Source: Candidatus Poribacteria bacterium
GTDB lineage: Bacteria; Poribacteria; WGA-4E; WGA-3G
Reading direction: 5' to 3'
DNA length: 64,000 nt
NCBI GenBank assembly: GCA_965197475.1
Contig: CBDANF010000003.1
Location: 3,232,001-3,296,000, forward strand
In this document: piece after piece, positions 9,810 through 20,265 of the stretch
Position numbering within the stretch: position 1 is the first letter of the stretch
Layout: each line of letters opens with the position of its first letter
Position numbers and translations under genes: made by a program
Notes under the pieces: generated by a model
Databases searched by the model: none
What the model was told of the DNA's origin: nothing
What the model saw: the letters and a program-made list of their open reading frames with translations, nothing else

Positions 9810-10865
9810 ATGAAAACTTACGGTTTTGGTATCATAGGGTGTGGAATGATTTCTGATTTTCATTCTGCCGCAATTTCCGATTTAGAACACGGTCAATTAG
9901 TTGCTGTGAGTTCTCGAAATGCGGACAACGCAAAACGACTCACAGATAAATACAACGTTGAAGGTTATGCCGATTACACCGAGATGCTCAAACGGGACGA
10001 TCTTGATATCGTTTGTGTTTGTACGCCGAGTGGTGCACATCTTGAACCGGCTGTTGCCGCCGCAGAAGCAGGTAAACATGTTATTGTTGAAAAACCGCTG
10101 GAAATCACTTTACAACGGTGCGATGAAATTATCCAAGCCTGCGATGAAGCAGGTGTTCGACTATGCGCCATTTTCAATTCACGATTTACTGAGGGGGCAC
10201 AACTCATAAAATCTACAATTGACAGTGGACGGTTCGGTAAGTTAACCTTGGGTGATGCCTATATCAAATGGTATCGTTCCCAAGAGTATTACGATAGCGG
10301 CGGTTGGCGCGGCACGCGGAACCTTGACGGTGGCGGTGTCCTGATGAATCAATCTATACACGCTATTGACCTACTACAGTATTATATGGGTCCCGTCCAG
10401 TCTGTGCAAGCATTTACTGATACGTTGGCACACGAACGCATTGAAGTAGAAGATGTCGCTGTTGCTGCGCTTCGGTTTGAAAATGGCGCGTTAGGTGTCA
10501 TTGAAGGCACAACCGCTGCTTACCCCGGTATGTTTAAGAAGACTGAAATCTGTGGCACAAAAGGCACCGCGATTTTAGAGGAAGAGGACATCGTGAAATG
10601 GGAATTTGACCCTGAACTTCCTGAAGATGCAGAGATTCGAGAAAAATTCGCTCAACAGACAGATACTGGCGGTGGTGCCTCTGACCCCCGTGCCATCAAT
10701 AACGCGAATCACCGTCGGCAGATGGAGAACCTTATCAATGGTCTTGAAACCGATGCATCCCATTTGGTTGACGGTCGTGAGGGACGCAAATCGGTTGAAA
10801 TTATCCTCGCTATTTATCAATCAAGCCGTGAGGGGCGTATCGTTGAATTACCTCTTTCTGTTTAA
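9810..10865 (+). CDS. Gfo/Idh/MocA family oxidoreductase
   Basis: GIIGCGMI, HVIVEKP and GGGVLMNQSIHAID motifs. Confidence 0.93.
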   Translation: MKTYGFGIIGCGMISDFHSAAISDLEHGQLVAVSSRNADNAKRLTDKYNVEGYADYTEMLKRDDLDIVCVCTPSGAHLEPAVAAAEAGKHVIVEKPLEITLQRCDEIIQACDEAGVRLCAIFNSRFTEGAQLIKSTIDSGRFGKLTLGDAYIKWYRSQEYYDSGGWRGTRNLDGGGVLMNQSIHAIDLLQYYMGPVQSVQAFTDTLAHERIEVEDVAVAALRFENGALGVIEGTTAAYPGMFKKTEICGTKGTAILEEEDIVKWEFDPELPEDAEIREKFAQQTDTGGGASDPRAINNANHRRQMENLINGLETDASHLVDGREGRKSVEIILAIYQSSREGRIVELPLSV

Positions 10866-10950
10866 TGGTAGTACGCATTAGGCGGGCTTACAAAGCCCTC
10901 CTACAAGAGTTTCGTCAATTGAATGGTTCAGTACTTTGTAGAGAAACACC

Positions 10951-11916
10951 TTACGGATAATCAAATACTATCTTGACTGCTTCATCCTTCTTATGCAGTG
11001 CCATCTCAAAGCCTTTTTGTGCTTCGGTGAACGGCAGATGGTGTGTGATAATCGGTGACACGTCAATACGACCTTGGGCAATCATATCCATTGCTAACGG
11101 GAAGTCGTTCGGCACATCGGGACCAACCGAACCGAGGAATCGGATATTTTTCCTGAAGAATTCAGCGAACTGAAAATTGTATACCTCATCGTCTGGCACT
11201 CCGAAAGCGAGGAGTGTTGCGCCCCGTTTCAGCAGTTGCAGGCACGTGTTGATTGTTTCTGTTTGATGCCCCACGACTTCAATCACAAGGTCAGCCATTC
11301 TGCCATCAGTTATCTCTTTAACAGCGGTAACAATATCTTCATTGGCGGAATTTATCGTATGTGTGGCGCGCATCTGCTTGGATACTTCAAGTCGAAAGTC
11401 CACCAAATCAGTTGCTATTACTGTTTTCGCACCGAGGTTGCTCAACATGTGCGTAAAAAGCTGTCCCATCGGTCCCTGCCCTATAATGACTGTATCCAAA
11501 TTGAGCAGATTTCCTAACTTTCGACATGCCCAAACAACGGTTCCGAGAGGCTGAGACATCAGGATACAATCTTTCCGATGATATTCTACTAACGGCACAG
11601 TAACACTCTCATCGGATAGAAAGTATTCTGAACATCCACCGATATGACGCGGGAGCGCGAGTACTTCGTCCCCAACTTTGAATTTCTCCGACTTACTATC
11701 GGTAACAACGCCAATTGCCTCGTGAATGGAAAGCCCCTTCCCAAGCGGATAACGATCAGCAGGATGTTCAAGTACAAAAGATGGCATATCACTACCACAG
11801 ACAGCACTGTGGAGGGTCTTAATCATCACTGTGCCATCTGGATAGTCTGCCAGATTTGGTTTATCTATATCAATAATTTCAATATGATGTGGTGCAACAA
11901 TTTGCCCTGCTTTCAT
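10951..11916 (-). CDS. Zinc-binding (MDR) alcohol/polyol dehydrogenase
   Basis: CGSD, IHE and GQGPMG motifs; lacks the four-Cys structural-zinc lobe; ATG at 11916 after AGGAG. Confidence 0.88.
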   Translation of the reverse strand: MKAGQIVAPHHIEIIDIDKPNLADYPDGTVMIKTLHSAVCGSDMPSFVLEHPADRYPLGKGLSIHEAIGVVTDSKSEKFKVGDEVLALPRHIGGCSEYFLSDESVTVPLVEYHRKDCILMSQPLGTVVWACRKLGNLLNLDTVIIGQGPMGQLFTHMLSNLGAKTVIATDLVDFRLEVSKQMRATHTINSANEDIVTAVKEITDGRMADLVIEVVGHQTETINTCLQLLKRGATLLAFGVPDDEVYNFQFAEFFRKNIRFLGSVGPDVPNDFPLAMDMIAQGRIDVSPIITHHLPFTEAQKGFEMALHKKDEAVKIVFDYP

Positions 11917-11965
11917 AAAATCTCCTTTTATAGTAGATTTTACAATATAACAATACACCGTCCAT

Positions 11966-11991
11966 CGGCGCGCTTACAAAGCGCGCCTACC
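11966..11991. repeat. GTAG-type REP hairpin
   Basis: Perfect stem GGCGCGCTT-ACA-AAGCGCGCC followed by TACC; copies at 17129-17153 and about 30810-30833, degenerate copy at about 5456-5479. Confidence 0.75.
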
Positions 11992-12058
11992 AGTAGGTGT
12001 TTACTTATTTTCATATTTCACCATAGTTTTGCCCAATAGTCATTAGTAAAAATTCGTC

Positions 12059-13036
12059 TTATAAAGAAGATATGATTGACAAAACCTGCTTATGTAACGT
12101 TCTATTGGTCGCCACGACACCGCGATTGTCGGTCATGCGTCTGCCGCTAAGGAAACTCAACGATTTTCCGTTCGCATCAGTTACTTTTCCGCCAGCCTCT
12201 TCAACCACAATAAGCCCTGCAGCATGGTCCCAAATACATTCGCGATAGTCAGGATACTCCGGATTCGGAAGACGAATATAGAGAGACGCTTCGCCGCGTG
12301 CGACTATACCGTATTTTGCTTGACTGTCAATTTGAAGTGGCGGTTTATTAAGTCCGAGTTTGTTCGCAATTTGGGTATGCGTATTGCTGTCGCCATGTGT
12401 GAATTCAAAACTTTCTGCTAACCGAGATGCGTTTTCCGAAACGCGTATTTTTCCTAATAGTTCACCTTTTGTTGTATAGATAGTTGTGCCTTCACCACGA
12501 ACAGCAACAAAGAGACAGCCGCGTTCAGAATCGGTAACATCCAATTGATGCGGTAGATTCGGACATCCTAAAACTCCAAGTTGAACTTCGTTATTAACTA
12601 TCCACGCCAAAGCAATTGCGTACTGATCTTGGCGAAGAAAGCCTTTGGTGCCATCAATCGGATCAAGCGTCCAAAAACTTTCCTCTATTTCACCGCTTCC
12701 TCTGTCAATCCATTCGCAAACGTTTTGAGTGGAAATATTTTCTTGCTGCTGTGCGTCTTCCGTTACAAACTGATTGACATATTCTGTAACACGTCCCAGA
12801 AGTGTGGGATTTTCTTTAAGGGATTGAGCGTCCTCTTCAGCAACAATAATGTCTTCAGGAAAAGCATCCCCAATCGCTTTGCATATCAGTGCTTGCGATC
12901 CAAAATCTGCTACGGTTACAGGACTACGGTCACTTTTTTGAATAGCATCCGTTGATACCATCTCATCCTGTACCTGTTGGCAAAGTTCTCCCGCTTTAAG
13001 GACAGCCTCTATTGCAATCTGTTTTTTAGAATTCAT
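12059..13036 (-). CDS. 3'(2'),5'-bisphosphate nucleotidase (HAL2/SAL1-type, inositol monophosphatase superfamily)
   Basis: KSDRSPVTVADFGSQ, WTLDPIDGTKGFLR, DSQAKY and IWDHAAG motifs. Confidence 0.92.
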   Translation of the reverse strand: MNSKKQIAIEAVLKAGELCQQVQDEMVSTDAIQKSDRSPVTVADFGSQALICKAIGDAFPEDIIVAEEDAQSLKENPTLLGRVTEYVNQFVTEDAQQQENISTQNVCEWIDRGSGEIEESFWTLDPIDGTKGFLRQDQYAIALAWIVNNEVQLGVLGCPNLPHQLDVTDSERGCLFVAVRGEGTTIYTTKGELLGKIRVSENASRLAESFEFTHGDSNTHTQIANKLGLNKPPLQIDSQAKYGIVARGEASLYIRLPNPEYPDYRECIWDHAAGLIVVEEAGGKVTDANGKSLSFLSGRRMTDNRGVVATNRTLHKQVLSIISSL

Positions 13037-13075
13037 TCTTTGTGGAGGCGCGCGGTGCGTTCCTAATAATATCCT

Positions 13076-13708
13076 TTAAAAAAGTGTTGATTTCGGAATG
13101 TCTTTAGCCTGATCCAGTTTCCGTTTCGCTTCCACAATATCGTCTATGATGGTTCGACGCGTTGTAGTAAAATTATCCCCTTCTTGTCGTAAAACGTAGG
13201 CTGGATTATAAGTTGCCATAGCAAAAGGTGCATAACGAGTATCCGTAAACCACTTGCCGCGTTCTTCTGTAATACGGAATCGGGGATGAATAAGTGTTTT
13301 TGCAGCGGGAGCACCTAAACATAAAATTACCGAGGGTTGAATCAAAGTTAATTCACTATCAAGCCATTTTGAACATGCCTTAATTTCTGCTGCCTTCGGT
13401 AAACGGTTTTTCAATTCACCGTCTTTCAATCCTACTGCACGGCATTTTATAATATTCGTTAGCCAGATGTCACTCCGTGTGAGTCCATTTGCAGTCAGCA
13501 CTTCATCTAACATGTTGCCTGCGGGACCTGAGAATGGAAATCCTGTGTGATTATCTGCGGCAGATGGACCTTCACCAACAATAACTAATTTTGCGTTGAC
13601 ATCGCCACTGCCACAGACAACATTAACTCGGGTTTTCGCCAAATCGCAATCTGTACAAACGCTTGCACGTGTTTTGATGTTTTGGATCTGTGTTTGGCGA
13701 TTTGTCAT
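13076..13708 (-). CDS. Uracil-DNA glycosylase family 4 (Fe-S)
   Basis: CTDCDL, VGEGP, TNIIKC...NR.P...EI.AC motifs; motif B reads TYNPA. Confidence 0.85.
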   Translation of the reverse strand: MTNRQTQIQNIKTRASVCTDCDLAKTRVNVVCGSGDVNAKLVIVGEGPSAADNHTGFPFSGPAGNMLDEVLTANGLTRSDIWLTNIIKCRAVGLKDGELKNRLPKAAEIKACSKWLDSELTLIQPSVILCLGAPAAKTLIHPRFRITEERGKWFTDTRYAPFAMATYNPAYVLRQEGDNFTTTRRTIIDDIVEAKRKLDQAKDIPKSTLF

Positions 13709-16299
13709 GATTTCGGGGTGCCACCTATTGTCTTCGTAAATTGAATGCTCGCGTGGATCAACGACTCAGTTGCACCAAAAGTCAACTGATAAATAGGTCT
13801 GTCCCAACTGTATTGATAATCGCTGCCGTAACCAGATACACCGATCGGGATATAATCCTCTGGCACATGAATAAAAAATGTTCCCGCTGACTGCCTCGTT
13901 GGTTGACAGATGATGAGATAACTTTGGCTGTGGCTATCCCAACCTGCTGACAAAATCTCAACGCTTCCTTGTGTATAATGGATGTCCGTGGAGAGCAGTT
14001 GTGGTACCTCTTGTTCTTCACGGAGACACAAAAGTTTTGTGGTCCGAGGTGCCATATTCAACAACGTTACATTTTTAGAAACAACACCTAAGTATTGGCG
14101 CATCCAAAAATCGTGAACGAGATAGTCTTTATCTGGATTAAGTCCAAATAAATCTAAATTCAGATGGATATCGTCTTGTTGGTCTTTCCAATTAAAGACA
14201 CCAACAAGATTCCAATCTTCACGCGGTGTTTTAACAGGCAAGTGCCAAATTTGTGGAAACGGTTCGTCGTACCGGTCAATCGGGGTCGCTGCATTACCGG
14301 AAAGTGGTAATAATTTTGCCACTAATCCAGCCCTTAGTGGTGAAATGGTCGTAGGCGTATTCACACATAAAACTGTAGCACCACTCAAAGCAGCGGTAGT
14401 CATTTCAACAATCGCCTCATTTATAGGACGCGGTTCATCAACAAATAAGTCACCGTAAACATGATTCCAGAGGGTGTCATGTGCGTTTAGATACCCAGCA
14501 TAGCGACTCAGTCTGTGCTTTGTTCCATTTTGTTGATGCCAAGAGTCACTGCTATCTACTTGCTTCTGACGCAAAAGCGGGTAATTAAGATCAAAACTTC
14601 CAATACAGACACTCTCAATTATGTTATAACCAGCGAGAATAACCTTATTTTCAGTAGACTCTACCACTTCTTTGAGCAAACGGACAGCCAACCGGTACAA
14701 TTCTGCTGAGGTAAGAGAACTGTCATGCCACGTCACATTTGGTGCGACCGTCATCATACCACTTGTATAACTCGACAAATCTATCTTAATTAAGTCGTAT
14801 CCCCATTCATCTACTAACTTTTTAATTACTTTCCGGACGTGTGTCTGTGTTTCTGGATGAGAAGCATCTAATATGGCAAGTGCTGCTTTACTCCCGGGTA
14901 AATGGACTTCAACAGGTGCATCAACATCTGCGGGTTTTGCCTTACCTTTTCCTGATGGCGTTTTTTCTCTGTTTTTAGATCGTAGGCATACTTCAGGATA
15001 CTTTTGGATTAATTCTGAATTACGTTCAATCCCAAACGGATCAATACAGATGCCCGCTTTGAACCCATTATCGTGAATTTGCTCAACCACCGATGCCATG
15101 CCTTCAGGAAAATGATCCGCGTTCAATGACAAATAACCGCGACTTACCTGCCATCCCGATTCCAGATGAATGTAGTCTATTCCGCCCGTAAGTTCAGGTT
15201 TAAACAGGGGATTTTGAGCAATTGATCGGGTTTGTTCACCAATTGAATTCGCTGACAGCTCTCCCTGCATATTTCCCGATGACAAGCTCCAACCAGTGAA
15301 AATATTCCGGTGAATACGGTTTTCGGATGGGACGTTGTCAGAACTGTTTTCTGCGGCGAGGCGTTCGGTATAACGCGTATACGATGATGCGGCATCCTCT
15401 GAAAAATCGAGATATCCAATTTCCGATGTAACCTCTTCGCCTATTTGACACGTTTTGTGTTCACAATCATGGTAAAGTGCCCAAGTTGTTAACCCTTGTT
15501 GAGATTTGCGTTTTGAGCCTTGATAACCTATCTCCATGCGAGGCCACCACTTGTTGGCTGTGATAAACCCGAACAAGAACGACTTCTGGCTATCGGTGTC
15601 GTATAGAATGCCATCCTGACACGGTTGTAAGGTATTATCCTGGTTTAAACGGAATCCATCATAGATTTTACGATGGGTGTCAGCACTGGGAGATATCGGC
15701 GGCATTTTGAGGAAAAGATGGTATTGAGACGGGTGACCACCCAATTGCACTGCGCCATGCTGTGCTGAAATATCAATAAGCGTGATATTTGATAGGCAAA
15801 TCGGTGTTGAGTTTAAGTTTTCAACGCCAACTTTCAGTAAAATATAGGGGTGGTCCGCGTAGCAGGTGAGGTAGGTATGTATACGGACACCGGTGCCATC
15901 AGATACATCATTCGCATCCACATCAACATCTTGCGGTGAACCCGAATTGGGTGCTTGTTCCAAGTTGTCAGGCTTTTCACCCAAACTGTGAGCATCGCCG
16001 TTCTGATGCTGCTTCTTGGTTGCTTCGGTTTCATAAGAAAACCGTAAGGTTTGATGGATCCCAAAATCGTCTGTTTTCACTGGTCCCGTGTAGAATTCCC
16101 GAAACCCAGCATTAGACGTTTTCAAGATGATTTCATCTTTCAGGCTAATTTGTGTGAACGCGTTTTTGATAATTGTTTTGTCGTTTTTATTGCTATAGTT
16201 CCATGTTCCTTTTGATAAATTAAATTCGATTTGGTATTTTGGATGGTTTATTACGACGAGTTTTCCCTGCCGTGATATGGCTATATCCTCAAGTTTCAT
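13705..16299 (-). CDS. Alpha-galactosidase-like protein (GH36/GH27 clan D)
   Basis: FTGW, SGW, FPEGM..V...IH..GFKAGI, LDASHP, WGYDLIKID and VGVFNW motifs; start overlaps the rsmD stop. Confidence 0.7.
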   Translation of the reverse strand: MKLEDIAISRQGKLVVINHPKYQIEFNLSKGTWNYSNKNDKTIIKNAFTQISLKDEIILKTSNAGFREFYTGPVKTDDFGIHQTLRFSYETEATKKQHQNGDAHSLGEKPDNLEQAPNSGSPQDVDVDANDVSDGTGVRIHTYLTCYADHPYILLKVGVENLNSTPICLSNITLIDISAQHGAVQLGGHPSQYHLFLKMPPISPSADTHRKIYDGFRLNQDNTLQPCQDGILYDTDSQKSFLFGFITANKWWPRMEIGYQGSKRKSQQGLTTWALYHDCEHKTCQIGEEVTSEIGYLDFSEDAASSYTRYTERLAAENSSDNVPSENRIHRNIFTGWSLSSGNMQGELSANSIGEQTRSIAQNPLFKPELTGGIDYIHLESGWQVSRGYLSLNADHFPEGMASVVEQIHDNGFKAGICIDPFGIERNSELIQKYPEVCLRSKNREKTPSGKGKAKPADVDAPVEVHLPGSKAALAILDASHPETQTHVRKVIKKLVDEWGYDLIKIDLSSYTSGMMTVAPNVTWHDSSLTSAELYRLAVRLLKEVVESTENKVILAGYNIIESVCIGSFDLNYPLLRQKQVDSSDSWHQQNGTKHRLSRYAGYLNAHDTLWNHVYGDLFVDEPRPINEAIVEMTTAALSGATVLCVNTPTTISPLRAGLVAKLLPLSGNAATPIDRYDEPFPQIWHLPVKTPREDWNLVGVFNWKDQQDDIHLNLDLFGLNPDKDYLVHDFWMRQYLGVVSKNVTLLNMAPRTTKLLCLREEQEVPQLLSTDIHYTQGSVEILSAGWDSHSQSYLIICQPTRQSAGTFFIHVPEDYIPIGVSGYGSDYQYSWDRPIYQLTFGATESLIHASIQFTKTIGGTPKS

Positions 16300-16870
16300 G
16301 CACGTTTTCCTTAGTGTAACGGTAGAAACTAACACATGTGTCCCCATACTGCTTTTGTCTATTACATCTTAGTGATCCGATATCTAAAGGCAATTCAGTA
16401 TGTTTGTGGTGTTCTACCAATAGCATTCCCGTAGATTGAAGTATGCAAGCATCTGAAATTTGCATGAGGCATCTGATGTAAATCTCCGCACTGTAAGGCG
16501 GATCAAAATAGATCAACTCAAATGCCTCATCCTGCATGCGTAACGTAACAATACCTTTCGTAACATCTCTCCGTATCAACTGAACTTTCGGATCACTCGT
16601 CTCTAAACCGCATGCTTGGAGATTCCGTTCAATCAAACGAAGGCACTTCAGGTTTTGTTCCAAGAAGGTTACTTGCTTAGCACCACGACTCAGAGCTTCA
16701 ATCCCAATGTTGCCAGTGCCAGCGCATAAGTCAAGAAACCTGGTATTAATCACGTGTTCCCGTAAAATACTAAAAACAGACTCTTTAACTCTATCGGTCG
16801 TAGGGCGGACGGTCATGTTTTTAGGTGTAGCCAAACGTCTACCCTTAAATTTGCCAGCGATAACTCGCAT
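16289..16870 (-). CDS. rsmD: 16S rRNA m2G966 methyltransferase
   Basis: MRVIAGKFKGRRL, RPTTDRVKESVF, LDLCAGTG..GIEALSRGA and DPPY motifs. Confidence 0.95.
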   Translation of the reverse strand: MRVIAGKFKGRRLATPKNMTVRPTTDRVKESVFSILREHVINTRFLDLCAGTGNIGIEALSRGAKQVTFLEQNLKCLRLIERNLQACGLETSDPKVQLIRRDVTKGIVTLRMQDEAFELIYFDPPYSAEIYIRCLMQISDACILQSTGMLLVEHHKHTELPLDIGSLRCNRQKQYGDTCVSFYRYTKENVHET

Positions 16871-17026
16871 TTCGCACCTTGTGCAAGGTCCCTACCATCT
16901 GAATTGTAAAACTACGTTTGAGTTTGACAGGTTATCACATCCAGTGGTTGAGGTATTGGATTTCGCTGCGCTCTACCCTTATGTGTCAACTTAGCGTCTA
17001 ATCTTTCTTATGGGAGGGTGATCCAC

Positions 17027-17153
17027 TCTTGTGGGAGGGTTTTTCAAACCCGATTTTCGATGCTACAAGACATAATATGGGGGCTTACAAGGTTTCCCTC
17101 CCACAAGATAAACGCTTGATTAGCAACGGGCGCGCTTAAAAAGCGCGCCTACC
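17027..17153. repeat. REP cluster: inverted pair TCTTGTGGGAGGG...CCCTCCCACAAGA plus a GGCGCGCTT hairpin
   Basis: 13-bp IR spanning 17027-17108; related half-sites near 10897, 18809 and 32978. Confidence 0.65.
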
Positions 17154-17223
17154 TTGAGTTAGGAAATCGGGCGGACAAGGTTTCCCTCTCACAAGAAAAT
17201 CAATTCTTAAATTGACTCATCTT

Positions 17224-18552
17224 TTATACAAACAGTTCTTCAATGACAGTACCTTCATTGACGACCCGTATCGGACGACCAGAACGAGACATATTCTCTT
17301 CTTGATAGTCAATCCCCAGCGCAAAGCAGAGCGATGCAAATAGGTCCTGCACAGCAACCGGAGCGGAGACAACCTTTGTTCCATCTTCGTTTGTGCCACC
17401 AATGACTTGTCCACCCTGGGTACCGCCGCCTGCTATAACAGCTGACCAACCGTTCGGGTGGTGGTCGCGTCCATCGTCCATATTAATTTTCGGTGTTCGT
17501 CCGAATTCGCCAAGCCATAGGATGATGGTTTCGTCAAGCAGATCACGTTCGCTCAGGTCTTTGATAAGCATTGCAAATGCTGGGTCAACAAGGTTCAGGA
17601 GTTCTTTCGTTCTTTCAAAGTTGTTTTCGTGCGTATCCCAACCATCAAGCGTGATTTCAACAAATTTAACGCCAGATTCAACAAGCCGTCTCGCCATCAA
17701 ACAACCTTGTCCGAAACGGTTCATACCGTAAGCTTCACGTACCTCAGCCGGTTCTTCCTTAAGTTCAAACGCTTTAACATTGGGTGAGTTAATGAGTTCG
17801 TCAGCCTTTTTGTAGATAGCTTCATGCGCTTCTGTCCCAAGTCCAGGACGTTTGGCGATGAAATCTTTCTCAAGGTTCTTAAGCATTTTGAGACGTTCGC
17901 GAAAACGGTGTGTATCCATCTGTGGGGGATACTTCAGATCATCAACCGGTTTCAACGGATTATTCACAACAAACGGATCGTGTGATGCGCCAAGGAACCC
18001 ACCGGAGTATGTTGGCGAATTGATATTCACACAACTTGGCAAGTGAGATGCGTCGTCATCAAGATAGTAAGAGGTCAATGAACCCAAAGTGGGGTGTCGG
18101 ACTGCGCCGCCGGGTGCGTAGCCGGTATGCAGTAAATATCGTGCGCGTTCATGGTTGCCTTCGCGAGATACCATTGAACGAATAACGGAAAGGTGATGCG
18201 CCTGTTCAGCAACAAAGGGGAGATGTTCGGAAAACTCAATACCTTTAACACTCGTAGGAATCGGCAAGAAAGGTCCGCTGTTTTTTACCGAAGGTTGTTT
18301 CGGGTCGAAAGTATCTAACTGACTCGGTCCGCCGCTCATAAACATTACGATACAGTGTTTCGCTCGCGGAATAACCTCTTCCAGCTGTGCGGCACCTGTC
18401 GTACCAAAATGTTGCATTGCAACGAGCCCCAGAAAACTACTTACCCCATATTTGAAAAAACTGCGCCGGGAAATCTCTTGGTGCCATAATTCAGGCGTAT
18501 CATATTCGGGGATCCATAATCCTGATCTCATTAATTTTTTATGCATTCTCAA
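17224..18552 (-). CDS. DUF1501 family protein (Tat-like leader)
   Basis: SRRSFFK, MSGGPSQLDTFDPK, FGQGCLMARRLVESGV, GWDTH, GEFGRTPKIN and GRDH motifs. Confidence 0.92.
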   Translation of the reverse strand: MRMHKKLMRSGLWIPEYDTPELWHQEISRRSFFKYGVSSFLGLVAMQHFGTTGAAQLEEVIPRAKHCIVMFMSGGPSQLDTFDPKQPSVKNSGPFLPIPTSVKGIEFSEHLPFVAEQAHHLSVIRSMVSREGNHERARYLLHTGYAPGGAVRHPTLGSLTSYYLDDDASHLPSCVNINSPTYSGGFLGASHDPFVVNNPLKPVDDLKYPPQMDTHRFRERLKMLKNLEKDFIAKRPGLGTEAHEAIYKKADELINSPNVKAFELKEEPAEVREAYGMNRFGQGCLMARRLVESGVKFVEITLDGWDTHENNFERTKELLNLVDPAFAMLIKDLSERDLLDETIILWLGEFGRTPKINMDDGRDHHPNGWSAVIAGGGTQGGQVIGGTNEDGTKVVSAPVAVQDLFASLCFALGIDYQEENMSRSGRPIRVVNEGTVIEELFV

Positions 18553-18841
18553 CGCAAGTATCTATACTTGGGAATGCAACTCCTTATTTTGACCCGCTAT
18601 GTGCATGAAAATAATATTTACACCTGCGGGATAGGTGCAAATTCTGACGCTGTTCATACAAAAGATTTTACTATTACGTATGCTGCTTCTTTAATGACTT
18701 CATAGTTCTGCAGGTGAACATTAATAATATGATAACATACTTGCATTTCGAAAACAAGTTAAAAATAAGAATTTTGTGCTATGTTTTTGACATTGACCCT
18801 TCCCTCTTTCTTGTGGGAGGGCTTTCTAACCCCGATATATT

Positions 18842-19882
18842 AGACATTATAATGATTTAAATAACAGAAGTTTCATAACGCGAGGGTCTAAAGTTTAGTC
18901 GGAAGTTGTGTAAACCACAACAAGTTTCCATAACTAAATCACAAAACCCTTTCTTCCAATTCCTGAGTTTATCTTTGACAATGCGGCATCTTTTGACACC
19001 ACTAATCGCATGTTCAACGCGTATGCGTATAGACGCTATCTTTCTATTGTTTTCTTTTTCTTCATTCGTCCGTTCTCTACCTCTCGGTTTTTTCTTTGGT
19101 TGAATGATGTTTATATCCGGGAGAACGAAACCCTGAAAACCGGTATCTTGGGACAATGTGCTACCCTGTGGCACACAATAGCCCACCATATCGGCTATGT
19201 GTTTGTCAGGGTGTCTTCCTTCAAAAGAAGGTGTCAATAGGACGACTTTGCAGGTCTCATTGATAATCAGATTATTTTTCACTGTATGGCATTTCTTTTT
19301 ACCACTATAATACGCCTTTTGAGTTGACGGGTCTTTTGGGCGTCGTATAGGGCGTTCGGTGCTATCATGAAAAAAATGTTCTCCTTCTTGATTTTGAGTT
19401 GATACTTTTGATGGAGCACATATAGGTGCGGGGTCTGTTTCCCGAGATGGCAACTCTCCAAGTTCTGCTAATGCTTTGTTCAATATCGATAAAAGCAAGT
19501 GAATCCATCTATTAGCAAGAGGTTGAGACATGCCAAAGAGCGCACCGAATAGCACTTGTTTCGGTGCTTCACGAAGGTAAATCAGTATAAATAGCAACAT
19601 ATCTTCAGGTGTATCAAAACGACTATTTTTATACGGTTTATATCTCCGTTTTTTGCGCGGTTTTCCTGCAAGGGTATGTGTTTGAACATACTCTAAAAAA
19701 CATTTAGTAAAATAAGGTGATAGTTCAGTCCAATCTTCTAAGGTATATCCGGTGAGGGACAGGAGCGTATCAGGTTTGTCCCTTAGTTCTTGAAAACTTA
19801 TCATGAGTTAGCCTCCTATTGTCCGATTGTAATAAGTATAATAGAGACTAACCAAACGGACAACTAATTAGTTATAATGTCT
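18842..19882 (-). mobile_element. IS5-family (ISL2-like) element, intact, 1041 bp
   Basis: TIR AGACATTATAA...TTATAATGTCT; 3-bp ATT target duplication at 18839-18841 and 19883-19885. Confidence 0.92.
18857..19804 (-). CDS. IS5-family transposase (HTH_Tnp_4 + DDE_Tnp_4)
   Basis: DSTERPIRRP, YSGKKKCHTVK, DTGFQG and RIRVEHAI motifs. Confidence 0.92.
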   Translation of the reverse strand: MISFQELRDKPDTLLSLTGYTLEDWTELSPYFTKCFLEYVQTHTLAGKPRKKRRYKPYKNSRFDTPEDMLLFILIYLREAPKQVLFGALFGMSQPLANRWIHLLLSILNKALAELGELPSRETDPAPICAPSKVSTQNQEGEHFFHDSTERPIRRPKDPSTQKAYYSGKKKCHTVKNNLIINETCKVVLLTPSFEGRHPDKHIADMVGYCVPQGSTLSQDTGFQGFVLPDINIIQPKKKPRGRERTNEEKENNRKIASIRIRVEHAISGVKRCRIVKDKLRNWKKGFCDLVMETCCGLHNFRLNFRPSRYETSVI

Positions 19883-20027
19883 ATTGTGTAGGTTGGGTAG
19901 AGCTTGCGAAACCCATAGGTGTCAATTTAGTGTGCTATATGCAAAAAAAAAAGATGTTGATTTGTGATGAAAGCAGCACCAGCGGTGCGGAATGTGTCCA
20001 GAAAACAGCCTCAAACAGTCTCTTGAA

Positions 20028-20088
20028 CCCCAGCGGGGTGACAGTGTCTGACAACACGTACACATATACACCTTTCGCCCCTCTGGGG
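20028..20088. repeat. REP-like inverted pair
   Basis: ccccagcggggtga...tcgcccctctgggg imperfect IR. Confidence 0.5.
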
Positions 20089-20116
20089 CTTAGATATCCA
20101 AAATATAGGTTTATTT

Positions 20117-20225
20117 TGTACTGCCATCGGAAATTCGGGCCACTCTCTAAGACAAGATTATGGTATAATATCCATCTACTTGAAAGGAGTATCCGATGGC
20201 GAAACGAAAACGAAGAAACTTCACC
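20117..20225 (+). mobile_element. IS3 left-end fragment (IRL plus the first orfA codons), inverted relative to the adjacent full copy
   Basis: tgtactgccatcggaaattcgggcc...atggcgaaacgaaaacgaagaaacttcacc matches the reverse complement of 21363-21471. Confidence 0.9.
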
Positions 20226-20265
20226 TTGAAGTGCTACCGTTTATTCAGACCAAAATTTAGCAAAG

